DNA of 64,000 nucleotides from Pseudomonadota bacterium. GTDB taxonomy: Bacteria; Desulfobacterota; Desulfobulbia; Desulfobulbales; Desulfurivibrionaceae. The stretch's first letter is position 1, and the number at the start of each line of letters is the position of its first letter. The notes below the pieces were generated by a model. The model ran no database searches. It was not told where the DNA came from and worked only from the letters and a program-made list of their open reading frames with translations. Positions 29,269-39,194 of this stretch are shown here, piece by piece. The stretch spans positions 51 through 64,050 of the forward strand of contig JAHJTI010000246.1 of NCBI GenBank assembly GCA_018829945.1, read 5' to 3'. A program made the translations under genes and the position numbers.

Positions 29269-30030
29269 TTACGAATCAAACAAATTAGTTAATTCTGCAT
29301 ACTTGGGGTAAGTAATTAAAACTGCGCGGTGCGGCCCATGATACACAAAAAAAGCCCCGCAAGCGACGGCACTGGCGCCAGCCTGAACAGCTTTCTTTAT
29401 GTCATCCAGAGATCCGGCCCCGCCACAAGCAATCAAAGGAACAGAACAAACAGAAGCTGCACGTTCAATAAGCGGGAGATCCATTCCGCTCATAGTGCCG
29501 TCTCTATCCACCCCGTTGAGAAGGATTTCCCCTGCCCCCGCCTCAACTGCCATTTTTAAAAAATTGAGCCAGTCGATGTTCAAGTTTTTACCGGCGACAG
29601 AAGAATACAATTTGTGTCGCCCCAGCAGGTTCGTCTTGATATCAATAGACACCACGACACTTTGGTTCCCGTAGAGAGTAGCTATCGCCGAGACTAAATC
29701 CAAATTATCCAACGCACCTGCTTGCAAAGAGACCTTCTCCACCCCGAGGGAAAATAACCTCCTCGCCTGATCAACTGAGGTTATCCCCCCGCCATAGCAC
29801 AAAGGCATAAAGCATTCGCCTGCAAATTGCTCAATGAGATCGTAGTCGGGCTCAGATTTTGACTTGCTTGCTTCAATGTCAAGAACCAACAATTCATCAA
29901 CTTCTTTTTCATTAAATATGCGAATCGCGTTAATAGGATCGCCCACATATTTGGGGTGTGCAAATCTATACGTTTTAACAAGACCACCATTTCGGAGCAA
30001 CAGACAGGGAATGACTCGATGCTGCAGCAT
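29269..30030 (-). CDS. hisF2: HisF2/AglZ-type cyclase-fold subunit (glycan amidination)
   Basis: RVIPCLL....LVKT, YVGDPINAIRIFNEKEVDEL, C-terminal HRAVLITYP typical of glycan-cluster paralogs. Confidence 0.88.
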   Translation of the reverse strand: MLQHRVIPCLLLRNGGLVKTYRFAHPKYVGDPINAIRIFNEKEVDELLVLDIEASKSKSEPDYDLIEQFAGECFMPLCYGGGITSVDQARRLFSLGVEKVSLQAGALDNLDLVSAIATLYGNQSVVVSIDIKTNLLGRHKLYSSVAGKNLNIDWLNFLKMAVEAGAGEILLNGVDRDGTMSGMDLPLIERAASVCSVPLIACGGAGSLDDIKKAVQAGASAVACGAFFVYHGPHRAVLITYPKYAELTNLFDS

Positions 30031-30031
30031 T

Positions 30032-30643
30032 TTATAGCTCTAAAAAATTCTTTATCACCGCCATACCGAAACGATGACTTTTTTCAGGATGGAACTGCAC
30101 ACCAAAAACATTGTCACGACAATATGCGGAAGGGAATCTGTAGCCATATTCTGTGGTAGCAAGGATATCAGCTTCAGTATTACACACAGCATGATAGGAG
30201 TGCGTGAAATAAAACCTCTGCTCGCTGCCGTCATCGCAAATCAAAGAATTCTTCTTTGCGACACTAACATAATTCCAGCCTACATGAGGGACATGAAGGG
30301 GAGGGATGCCCTCAAAAGAAAAGCGTTTAAATTCAGCATCAATCACCCCTAAACCACCCAGTTTCCCCTCCTCGCTGCCCTTAGAAAGCAACTGCATTCC
30401 AAGACAAATTCCCAAAATTGGCACGCCTTGTTTGGCAATCTTTTGTATGGCTGAGAAAATGCCAAGCGTTTGCAACTGTATAACCCCATGGTCAAAGGAA
30501 CCAACCCCCGGGAGAATAACCTTAGTGGCGGCCTGTATTCGATTCAGTTCGCCACTAACTTCTGCACTGCCACCAACTTTACGGATCATATTCGCGACAG
30601 AGGCAATATTTCCCATACCATAATCAACTACAACAACTGCCAT
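30032..30643 (-). CDS. hisH2: HisH2-type glutaminase subunit
   Basis: DYGMGN, LPGVGSF, GICLGMQ, PHVGWN, QFHPEKS. Start trimmed to MAVV, which has a GGGGAG RBS. Confidence 0.92.
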   Translation of the reverse strand: MAVVVVDYGMGNIASVANMIRKVGGSAEVSGELNRIQAATKVILPGVGSFDHGVIQLQTLGIFSAIQKIAKQGVPILGICLGMQLLSKGSEEGKLGGLGVIDAEFKRFSFEGIPPLHVPHVGWNYVSVAKKNSLICDDGSEQRFYFTHSYHAVCNTEADILATTEYGYRFPSAYCRDNVFGVQFHPEKSHRFGMAVIKNFLEL

Positions 30644-30775
30644 ATAAACTCCCCATGAGTACAATCTTGTCCCCAAACACTATTCACAAACCAGCCAAAG
30701 GATGGCACCATGCGGCTATATTTATAGGGATTCGCATAATTCGATTTATTTTCCCATCGAATTTCACTTATCAAT

Positions 30776-31948
30776 TCATGCTAAGCTCACAGCTTTATTA
30801 TAATACCGGCCGACATTCGCAATGAATGCCTTTTCCCCAAAATGAACTCTGCACCCACTTCGCAACGCCTCTGGTGAATATTGGCTTGATCCCGCAACCA
30901 TCCGCACCATTGCTTCGCCCAACGCCACAGGATCCCTTGGCAAAACAAGTAACCCATTTTTATTGTTCACAATCTCCTCAGGCCCCCCGCATCGGGTGGC
31001 AATGACAGGGGTACCACAAGCAAGTGCTTCAATCAAAACAACTCCAAAGGTCTCCTGACGACTGGATAATACAAAACAATCTGCTTCCTGCATTTCACGT
31101 AATACCGAAGGCCTATCAAGGTATCCGAGAAAAATTACCTGGCCCTGCACCCCCAATCGTTGGGCCAACCGCTTGAGATGCCTTTCAAGTGGGCCGGATC
31201 CACCGATACGCAAACTAACCTGCTTCCCCTTAAAGTGCTTCGCAAAAGCCGTGAGTAAAGAATACTGGTCTTTATTGGCATCCAGCGAAGCAATGTTCAA
31301 AAAACAAAAACCTGATCCGAGGGAAGAACGATCTTTCAAGGGACTATCAAGCAAGAATGAATCAACAATATTATACAAAACATCTGCGCATTGCCCGCCG
31401 CAATGCCTATCAATATTGTTAGCAAGCGCCTGACTCACCGCCGTCAGTGCAGAAGCCTGCTGAAAAACTTTTTTAATAGGGGAAAACCATTCGCGCGCAA
31501 TCAAACCCGTCCTAAACTTGCTGCTATGCTCTGTGACGATATAGGGGACACCTTCACTTTCTTGAATGGCTTGAGCAACAAATCCAGCAAACTGCACATT
31601 ATGTGCATGTATTACATCAGGCACCCCAAACCGCTCCTTATATTTCTGGTAAAGATCCAGCCCGAGGTTCTTGTAAAAAGGGATCGAACGCGCCGGACGC
31701 TCCCACCGTTGAGGATAAAACTTTCGCACATATCGCCGAAAGACAGGATACCCGTTCACATCTTCAAAGTACGGATAGTCATACTTCCTGAAGAAAAAAC
31801 GAGGGGTGATGATCCCCACAGCAATTAACCCGACTTGATAACCGGCATCATGCAAAGCTTTTGCTTGCTGGAACTGAAAAATTCCACCAAGGGGGTATCT
31901 CGGAGTAACAAAATGCTCAGAAGGGATAATCAGTACATGCATCAGCAC
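30776..31948 (-). CDS. GT4 glycosyltransferase
   Basis: PDVIHAH, VTEHSS, ETFGVVLIEALACGTPV. Confidence 0.92.
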   Translation of the reverse strand: MLMHVLIIPSEHFVTPRYPLGGIFQFQQAKALHDAGYQVGLIAVGIITPRFFFRKYDYPYFEDVNGYPVFRRYVRKFYPQRWERPARSIPFYKNLGLDLYQKYKERFGVPDVIHAHNVQFAGFVAQAIQESEGVPYIVTEHSSKFRTGLIAREWFSPIKKVFQQASALTAVSQALANNIDRHCGGQCADVLYNIVDSFLLDSPLKDRSSLGSGFCFLNIASLDANKDQYSLLTAFAKHFKGKQVSLRIGGSGPLERHLKRLAQRLGVQGQVIFLGYLDRPSVLREMQEADCFVLSSRQETFGVVLIEALACGTPVIATRCGGPEEIVNNKNGLLVLPRDPVALGEAMVRMVAGSSQYSPEALRSGCRVHFGEKAFIANVGRYYNKAVSLA

Positions 31949-32128
31949 ACCGCAATCTCTTTACCGCAAAATCCTCTGGCCATCAGCATGGAAATACTAA
32001 GCCCCACAAATTGAACAGTTTTGGGCGCAGTGATAATCAAGAAACCACATCAACACTTTTAAACAACAGCCCATAATAACGGATATTTTGTGTTTACAAG
32101 AAAAATTATGGCTGTAACCATAAAATAT

Positions 32129-32854
32129 TCATACGTCTAAAAATGGTTTTTGGGCTACAGCCATCACACACCATCCATCAAGGATTCCCCGCATAAAAGG
32201 ACGGAAAGGCAGAACCATAAGATTAAACAACGTGAGACGATTATTTGTGAGGTATATCGCTGGTAGCGTTCCAGCCGGTCCGATTTGAATATTTTCGGCA
32301 CCAAGCGTTTTTAAGATGAGATTCAACTCCCAAGGACTTATTGGATGAATATGCCCATAACTTAAACTAGAGTCCCCGAACCCATGAAATCTTCCAGTAA
32401 AAAAGAACATGAATCGAGAGAGCCAGGAGGAAATATTAGGGGTGGTAATCAATACAGTTCCACCTTGCTTCACCATCGCCATCAAGCCACGAACATATTT
32501 CCATTGATCTTGAACATGCTCTATTACTTCAATACCAAGCACAGCATCAAATTCACCCGCATGGCTTGTCAAAAAACTATTCAGTTCCTCGGGGGAATCA
32601 AAGTCAACACGAGTGAATTTCGCGCCATTACACTGAAAATCAAACTCTTCTTTATCGACCGACACAACTTGGTACCCAATATCTATCAAGCGTAAAGACA
32701 AAGCACCCTCTCCAGCCCCAAAATCTAATATTTTACCTCCAGCCGGAACCACGCGGGCTATAGTGTCTGCAATTTGCGCATGCAAACCCATGTCTGCCTT
32801 CATCAACAAGCCTTTATAATATTCTGGCTTCTTTACACCACAAAAAAAATTCAT
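32129..32854 (-). CDS. Class I SAM-dependent methyltransferase
   Basis: ILDFGAGEG, EVIEH, GG.VLITTPN. Confidence 0.88.
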   Translation of the reverse strand: MNFFCGVKKPEYYKGLLMKADMGLHAQIADTIARVVPAGGKILDFGAGEGALSLRLIDIGYQVVSVDKEEFDFQCNGAKFTRVDFDSPEELNSFLTSHAGEFDAVLGIEVIEHVQDQWKYVRGLMAMVKQGGTVLITTPNISSWLSRFMFFFTGRFHGFGDSSLSYGHIHPISPWELNLILKTLGAENIQIGPAGTLPAIYLTNNRLTLFNLMVLPFRPFMRGILDGWCVMAVAQKPFLDV

Positions 32855-32918
32855 CTTTTCATCACCACTCCAAGGAATCCAGTTGCTGACAATACATTTT
32901 CTTGAATATTCAAACTAA

Positions 32919-34181
32919 TCATTCAGAATCTTTCAATGAATGCTGGCATCTTAATTGGGTTGACAATGAAAATTTCCGACGATATTCATCTGCTCGACTG
33001 ATTCCAATTCCTAAAATAAAATACGCCCATAACGACATTGTCAAAGTAGATACCATCATCACGACATCATTTGTTTGATACAATAGGAGTCCAAAAAAAA
33101 CTGCACCACACACCCTAACAAGAGGATCTCCTGCCCCACGAAACAACAAAAAACATATGGACCACAAATAATAAACATAAACTGATAGCCCGACCACCCC
33201 TGTTTGAACGAGCACAAACAAATAGGTATTATGTGGAGTTCTCGAAGCGCCACCATCAAACATCGGCACCAACGTCCCAAGGCCATTCCCAACCACAGGA
33301 GATAGGGCCCAAAATTCAACAGATCTCAAAAAAACCATTTTTCGACTCGTGACACCATACCCTAACATTTTGAGACTACTTATTTCTGTCAGGTCAAGCA
33401 CAGAAAGATAAACGAAAGGGTAGATCAAACACAAAAGCATAAAAATGCCACCAAAAACAATAAAACGGCTCCTATTCCTTGATATCAAGGGCCAAAACCA
33501 ATAAACACCCATCCCAACACAAAATGAAATAAAGGCAGTCCGAGCCCCAGACACAGTTAAAAGAATAAAGCACATAATCATTGCCGCCGTTAAAGATATC
33601 CACTCCATTTTTCTCTTGGAATGAATTCTTCCGATACAAACCAACGGAAAAGATAAAGCAAAAACATATCCCGTTCCGTTCTTATTCCACCAATTAAAAG
33701 GCACATAGCTAAACAACTGCATTCCATCAATAATCCATCTATAGAACAAATAACATATCAGTGTTGCGGTGATACATGAAATTATCCTGAGATCGAGATT
33801 GCGCCAAGGGCGGCACCCAATGGCCCCAAAAAAGACAAACATCAGGATCGTTGACACCAATGGTCGAGTAAGGTCAGTAAAAATGACTATCCTTAAATAA
33901 TACCAAAGGAGCAGAACCACAAAACTTACCAGTATAGGGGTGAGACGCAGAATTCGTTTCACCGGATTTTGTTGAGTAAGGTACACAAAAAAAAGGGAAA
34001 CACTCATAATTTCAGCGATTAATCGCCAATATCGTGGATCAATACCGACAATTCTTGGCCCCCCCCATTCAAAAAGGGAAAGAATAATTAAACTGAAAAT
34101 TGTAATGCTCCAAAACACTCGGGCCAATGAATTCAGCCTTTCCTCTGATGCAGTCAATCCGTTTTTTCTGTCTATTTTCAT
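32919..34181 (-). CDS. O-antigen ligase/Wzy polymerase-family membrane protein
   Basis: Multi-TM; N.NG.G, SGARTA, G.GLG...PHNTYL..L..TGVVG (Wzy_C-like); AT-rich. Confidence 0.8.
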   Translation of the reverse strand: MKIDRKNGLTASEERLNSLARVFWSITIFSLIILSLFEWGGPRIVGIDPRYWRLIAEIMSVSLFFVYLTQQNPVKRILRLTPILVSFVVLLLWYYLRIVIFTDLTRPLVSTILMFVFFGAIGCRPWRNLDLRIISCITATLICYLFYRWIIDGMQLFSYVPFNWWNKNGTGYVFALSFPLVCIGRIHSKRKMEWISLTAAMIMCFILLTVSGARTAFISFCVGMGVYWFWPLISRNRSRFIVFGGIFMLLCLIYPFVYLSVLDLTEISSLKMLGYGVTSRKMVFLRSVEFWALSPVVGNGLGTLVPMFDGGASRTPHNTYLFVLVQTGVVGLSVYVYYLWSICFLLFRGAGDPLVRVCGAVFFGLLLYQTNDVVMMVSTLTMSLWAYFILGIGISRADEYRRKFSLSTQLRCQHSLKDSE

Positions 34182-34193
34182 TGAATTGCCTGA

Positions 34194-35408
34194 TTAAGAA
34201 GATCTAAACTGTCCGTTAACATTACCTGTCGAATTACAGACTAATGTTTCCATTGAATGGGTAAGATTTGTTTCAAGAGTTGAATGAAGCCAAGAAGCTC
34301 TTTGCCCCCATGTATTGGCCGCGGCAAAACTGATTTGCCGCAAAGAACGTTCGCCCTCTTTACTGGACGCTGAACGGTTAAGAGCGTTGCGAATTACTGA
34401 GACTGCCTCAATGGAATCGTGATAAATACTTATCCACTCCGGATAGAGGCGACACTCTGGCACATCCGCACTGACCACTTGCCGTCCACTGGCCAGCCCA
34501 TCAGAAATTTTCAACGGACAACTTGCTTTCACAAAGGGCATATCGATTTTATACGGCATCCAATTTATTGAACTTTTCCAATAATATTCTTTAGTATTTT
34601 CATGCTTTACTCCAGGAACATGTATTGCATTTTTGCAACTTAAGACATCTTCTAGATATTTAAACAGGAATTCAAGTTCGCCGACAAAGGTATCACGTCT
34701 AATTTCTCCAACAAAATAAAAGGTTACACCTTTAAGTTTTGTAACAACCTCCTTAATCAACCTCCAATCATATCGACTACCCAACCATCCAACCACACAT
34801 ACCGAATGTCCTTTTGGTGATTTACCAGGAAGAGGATTGATAAAATTACTATGCACCCCATGTGGAAAATGAAACACCTTTGACTTTTGCGACGGAAAAC
34901 GTTCTTTAAATCTGTTCATCTGGAAATCGGATGCACACAAAACCATCCGAGCTTTATGAATAAGAGCATCCTCCGCAGGATTGTCAAGCCGGACCCCCGT
35001 GCTGAAGTCAACCGAATAGTCATCATAATTTAGGTAAATAAGTTGTGCGGGATCAACATCCCTTACATACTGAAACAGACGGGGATTCGGCAAAATAACG
35101 TATGGCTTTTTCCCGGTTTGCTCATAAAGTCGCCTTATATGTTTATTAAGTTTTGCCCGGATAGGCCGATCAAAAAAAAATCCCAGCCTACGATTAAACC
35201 CTGGAGGATACGTCCACAGTTCCTTCTTGGTTCGATCTCCAGAATAAACATAAGGCCAACTCATCGAACGCCGCCGGAGAAATAATGAGGAGGCACCAAG
35301 ACTTATTGCCATCGAAGGGCCAAAGCTTCCGAGCTCATATACCAAGGGGTAAATCCACGGCAACTCAGCTTCAAAGGTAATAAATGGTTGACTCATTTCA
35401 ACACTCAA
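34194..35408 (-). CDS. Divergent GT-B glycosyltransferase
   Basis: Y.NYDDY, FPHGV, CPLKI.D.LASG..VVS. Confidence 0.7.
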   Translation of the reverse strand: MSVEMSQPFITFEAELPWIYPLVYELGSFGPSMAISLGASSLFLRRRSMSWPYVYSGDRTKKELWTYPPGFNRRLGFFFDRPIRAKLNKHIRRLYEQTGKKPYVILPNPRLFQYVRDVDPAQLIYLNYDDYSVDFSTGVRLDNPAEDALIHKARMVLCASDFQMNRFKERFPSQKSKVFHFPHGVHSNFINPLPGKSPKGHSVCVVGWLGSRYDWRLIKEVVTKLKGVTFYFVGEIRRDTFVGELEFLFKYLEDVLSCKNAIHVPGVKHENTKEYYWKSSINWMPYKIDMPFVKASCPLKISDGLASGRQVVSADVPECRLYPEWISIYHDSIEAVSVIRNALNRSASSKEGERSLRQISFAAANTWGQRASWLHSTLETNLTHSMETLVCNSTGNVNGQFRSS

Positions 35409-36389
35409 CTATGTTGCCAAGGGATGTTTAGATGCATCATCCTGCCACGCTGACTCACAAAGCCTGAGGGTTTGTTTGATTTCAATATCAATATCGCCCT
35501 CCAGAACAAAGCCCGTCTGCTTAAATTTACTGATATCATATACCAAAGACGGTGCCTCTTCGCCTGGGGCAGGAACCGGTCTTTCTATTTTAGGATCAAA
35601 GCCAAGTGTTTCTCTGCAACAGTTGGCAATGCGCTGGGCCATATCCCATACGCTCATCGATAACTCTCCTCCAAGATTGAACAGACCATCACCACCGGCA
35701 TCCCGGGATAACGCCAGCAGATGGCAAACCGCCCTACCTACATCATGCAAGGTGATAAAGTCTCGCTGCTGCAAACCAGCGGACCGCAAAACAAGTTGCC
35801 GCGTCTGCACGGCTTGCCGGCAGAGATCGTTCACAAGAAGAGTCCAGCGGTCAACCCCAGCATAGGCGGGAGCGCCGAAACCATTTGACAGACGAATCAC
35901 ATACCCGCGAATACGCCTCTCATCGTGAGCGGCAAGCACGAAGTCTTCTGCGGCACGGTGGGTAATGGCATAGGGGTGTACAGGCCGCGACACAACCTGC
36001 TCGGAAATATACCCCTCCAAAGGCGCGCCATAAATATGCGCGGTGGAGAAATAAATAAAACGCTCAACACCGGCAGCGATTGCCGCTTGCAAAAGGCGCA
36101 AAGTGCCCAGCGTATTAACACGCAACGCCTTTTCGGGGTTAACCGCACTCTCGTTTTCATTAACTGCAGCCAAATGCACAACTGCTTTTACCCCGCGCAG
36201 AGACGCCCTCAGGGATTCAGTATCCAACACGTCCATAACAACGGTTTGCGCTTGCGGCAGCCACGGCGGGGCAGTGCATGGCTTACGACTGGCGAGACGC
36301 ACCTGGCAACTGGTTTCGTTCGCGATCGCCAGAGCGATTCTGCCACCAAGATACCCAAATCCTCCGGTTATAAGAATAGCTTGGTTCAT
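35409..36389 (-). CDS. NAD-dependent epimerase/dehydratase-family SDR (probable 4-keto reductase)
   Basis: ITGGFGYLG, VHLAA, YFST, YAITH (YxxxK variant); ATGA overlap with the upstream gene. Confidence 0.85.
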   Translation of the reverse strand: MNQAILITGGFGYLGGRIALAIANETSCQVRLASRKPCTAPPWLPQAQTVVMDVLDTESLRASLRGVKAVVHLAAVNENESAVNPEKALRVNTLGTLRLLQAAIAAGVERFIYFSTAHIYGAPLEGYISEQVVSRPVHPYAITHRAAEDFVLAAHDERRIRGYVIRLSNGFGAPAYAGVDRWTLLVNDLCRQAVQTRQLVLRSAGLQQRDFITLHDVGRAVCHLLALSRDAGGDGLFNLGGELSMSVWDMAQRIANCCRETLGFDPKIERPVPAPGEEAPSLVYDISKFKQTGFVLEGDIDIEIKQTLRLCESAWQDDASKHPLAT

Positions 36390-36835
36390 CGGTGCTTTAT
36401 CGCCCAATCATAGGGAATAGCCGGGTCAAAAGGATCGCAACGATCAATCTCAGTTGGATCATGGGGAATGCTTGCACAATTAGCCACTACTGCCATCTCA
36501 CTGCCAAACCCTTTGAAGCCGTTCCAAACCATAGGCGGTACTGTCACCAGACAATAGTTGTCGGGACCTAAAAACAATTCCTGCACCTCCCCCCGGGTGG
36601 AACTCTCCTTGCGATCATCATAAAGGACAAATTTTATGTGGCCATGGGGCACGGCATAATTCAAGGTCATCTTTTTATGGATATGCCAGCCCTTAATGGC
36701 TCCGGGGTGGATACAGGAAAAATAAATCTCACCAAACTGCTGAAATGCAGGGTCCCCCACACGCAGCATATGCATAACCTTGCCACGCTCATCGAGGATC
36801 TGACGCAAGCGAGTAACAACAACCCCTTCAATCAT
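36386..36835 (-). CDS. RmlC-like cupin NDP-4-keto-6-deoxyhexose epimerase
   Basis: DERG, IKGWH.H, DDR..S.T, VPP.VWNGF. Confidence 0.87.
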   Translation of the reverse strand: MIEGVVVTRLRQILDERGKVMHMLRVGDPAFQQFGEIYFSCIHPGAIKGWHIHKKMTLNYAVPHGHIKFVLYDDRKESSTRGEVQELFLGPDNYCLVTVPPMVWNGFKGFGSEMAVVANCASIPHDPTEIDRCDPFDPAIPYDWAIKHR

Positions 36836-37907
36836 GGGAACTCTCCATATACGCTTGAATTTGCGCGACACTCATGGAAAGACCCTGCTCTCCAGAGACG
36901 ACGGCTCGATACCAGGCTACGGTTTCCTGCACCGTCCGCTCAAAGCCCCAGCAAGGTTTCCAGCCAAGGCTGTAATGTGCCTTGTCGCAATTAAGATGTA
37001 ATAACCCGGCTTCGTGGGGGGCGTTGCCGGATGATTGAATCTCGATCCGGCCAGAACCCCATGCATGCACAATGCCCTGCGCCAAATCGTGCACACTCCG
37101 GGACGCAGCCGAATCAGGGCCAAAGTTCCAGGTACCGGAAAAACCTTGCGGGTTACGATGAAGCGCTGCAGCCAAGGTAAGATAGCCCCCCAGAGGTTCC
37201 AGCACATGCTGCCAGGGCCGCGTAGCTTCGGGATTACGAAGCACGATGGGCTGCCCCTCGCGCAAAGCATGTATACAATCAGGCACAATCCGGTCTTCTG
37301 ACCAATCCCCGCCTCCGATCACATTACCGGCGCGCACTGAAGCAAACCCAAAACCTGAGCGCGCCCTGAAAAAAGAATCGCCATAGGCTGAAAAAACCAT
37401 TTCCGCAGCAGCCTTGGATGCACTATACGGATCATGCCCGCCCAACTCATCATTTTCCCGGTATCCCCAAACCCATTCCCGGTTCCGGTAACACTTATCG
37501 GACGTGATGTAGACCAGCGTTTTTACTGCAGGGGAAAGGCGCACACACTCCAGGACATTAACCGACCCCCCCACATTGGTGTCAAAGGTTTCCTTGGGAT
37601 CTCTGTATGACCGACGCACCAAAGGCTGGGCTGCCAAATGAAAGACAAACTCTGGCTCGGCCTGCCTGAAAAAAACGCCCAACCGATCCAGATCGAGAAT
37701 GTTGCCATCCTGATGTTTGATTCGACTGCCCAATCCAACCGCATTAAAATGCGCGTCGGCACTTTCCGGCGGCAAGGAATACCCATAGACTTCAGCGCCT
37801 GCCTCGGCCAACCACAGGCTTAACCACGAACCCTTAAAGCCGGTATCTCCAGTTACAAGGACGCGTTTGCCACGAAATACCGGCAACACATTTACCAAAT
37901 CTTCCAT
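36828..37907 (-). CDS. rfbG: CDP-glucose 4,6-dehydratase
   Basis: TGDTGFKGSWL, HLAAQPLVR.SY, TSDKCY, DPYSASK, RAGNVIGGGDW, RPWQHVLEPL. Confidence 0.95.
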   Translation of the reverse strand: MEDLVNVLPVFRGKRVLVTGDTGFKGSWLSLWLAEAGAEVYGYSLPPESADAHFNAVGLGSRIKHQDGNILDLDRLGVFFRQAEPEFVFHLAAQPLVRRSYRDPKETFDTNVGGSVNVLECVRLSPAVKTLVYITSDKCYRNREWVWGYRENDELGGHDPYSASKAAAEMVFSAYGDSFFRARSGFGFASVRAGNVIGGGDWSEDRIVPDCIHALREGQPIVLRNPEATRPWQHVLEPLGGYLTLAAALHRNPQGFSGTWNFGPDSAASRSVHDLAQGIVHAWGSGRIEIQSSGNAPHEAGLLHLNCDKAHYSLGWKPCWGFERTVQETVAWYRAVVSGEQGLSMSVAQIQAYMESSHD

Positions 37908-38674
37908 GGCGCCCTGTCCTTTTCAATAAGCCCATTGAGAAATTGCCAGTCGCGGTAGGTATCCATGCACTGCCAAAAGTCGTCATGCTCGTATACCGCG
38001 AGTTGCTGGGCACGCACTAACGACCGCATCGGTTCCTGCTCAAAGACGAGATCTTCACGATCATCCAGATAATCGAACAGTTCACGACGACACACAAAAA
38101 AACCTCCGGAAATACGCCCGCCAGTAGCCTGTGGCTTTTCATTGAATTCCGTCACGATACCCTGCTCATCAGCCACCAACTCGCCGAAGCGGCCAGGCGG
38201 GCGCACCCCGGTTACGGTAATAATGCGATCATGGCTGTGGTGAAAGGCAAGAAGCTTGTTCAAATCCACATTACTCACGCCATCACCATAGGTGAGCATG
38301 AACTCGGCATCGTCTCCGATGTATTGCCGAATCTTACGGATGCGCCCCCCGGTCATCGTCTCCAAACCAGTATCAGACAGGGTGACGCGCCAATCGGCCT
38401 CCTCATGGTTGGTGTGGTAATCGATTGACTTATTTGTGCCCAGGGTGACCGTACAGTCACGTGTCTGCGCCTCATAGTTGAGAAAAAACTCCTTGATTAC
38501 CTGCCCTTTGTACCCCAGGCACAACACAAACTCACGATGCCCGAAACTGGCATAGTACTTCATCACATGCCAGAGGATAGGGAGGCGCCCAACAGGGATC
38601 ATCGGCTTGGGGATGTTATCAGAAACATCACGGATGCGGGTGCCGTAACCGCCACAGAGGATAACAACTTTCAT
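37892..38674 (-). CDS. rfbF: Glucose-1-phosphate cytidylyltransferase
   Basis: ILCGG.GTR, PKPM, TMTGGR, LTYGDGV, FWQCMDT.RD. Confidence 0.95.
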   Translation of the reverse strand: MKVVILCGGYGTRIRDVSDNIPKPMIPVGRLPILWHVMKYYASFGHREFVLCLGYKGQVIKEFFLNYEAQTRDCTVTLGTNKSIDYHTNHEEADWRVTLSDTGLETMTGGRIRKIRQYIGDDAEFMLTYGDGVSNVDLNKLLAFHHSHDRIITVTGVRPPGRFGELVADEQGIVTEFNEKPQATGGRISGGFFVCRRELFDYLDDREDLVFEQEPMRSLVRAQQLAVYEHDDFWQCMDTYRDWQFLNGLIEKDRAPWKIW

Positions 38675-38679
38675 ACAAA

Positions 38680-38924
38680 GATCCTTTGATTCGTTTGAGA
38701 TAATGAAAATCAACGATGCTATCTGAGTCAGACAACGCAGAATTTAGAACAATTAATTTTTCCCAGTTCTTTGACTTGAGGATGTCATATTCCCTCGGAC
38801 CGGGCTCAAACAAAACACCCTTGTAACATGATGTAAATTGGGGTCATCTTGGGTCAATCCCACCACTTGCTCCGACATCAATGGCCCATAAACGGTTATC
38901 TGCTAATACAGCATCTCCTATCAT
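38680..38924 (-). pseudogene. Truncated, frameshifted FkbM-type methyltransferase remnant
   Basis: ATG at 38924 (GGGGAG RBS) reads MIGDAVLADNRLWAIDVGASGGIDPR*. Restoring one G (TGG) continues WTQFTSCYKGVLFEPGPREY...LNSALSD, after which the sequence runs into rfbF. Confidence 0.65.
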
Positions 38925-39194
38925 TTCCGCTCCCCACAATTTCCTTATTTTACTGAGACTAGCCCCCCTGCAGAAAAACTCCTTCAGGAAATGCTGGTAC
39001 TCCGAAGAGCGCAAACACAAATTAAAATTTCATCCGCTTCTTCCTCTTAATATCCATACCTAAAGAACCCATCCCGAGAGGGTTGACGATGGCGCAATGT
39101 TTAGATTTTTTTAATAATTAACTCAATTATTCCCACTCGCCCATGGTTGTTTTGATGCAACGCCACACTGAGACAGCAATCTTTTGCTTAATGT

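Noticed and set aside
29269-30643. Histidine biosynthesis operon
   Set aside because: No other his genes are present; the sequence features and context fit glycan-associated HisF2/HisH2 paralogs.
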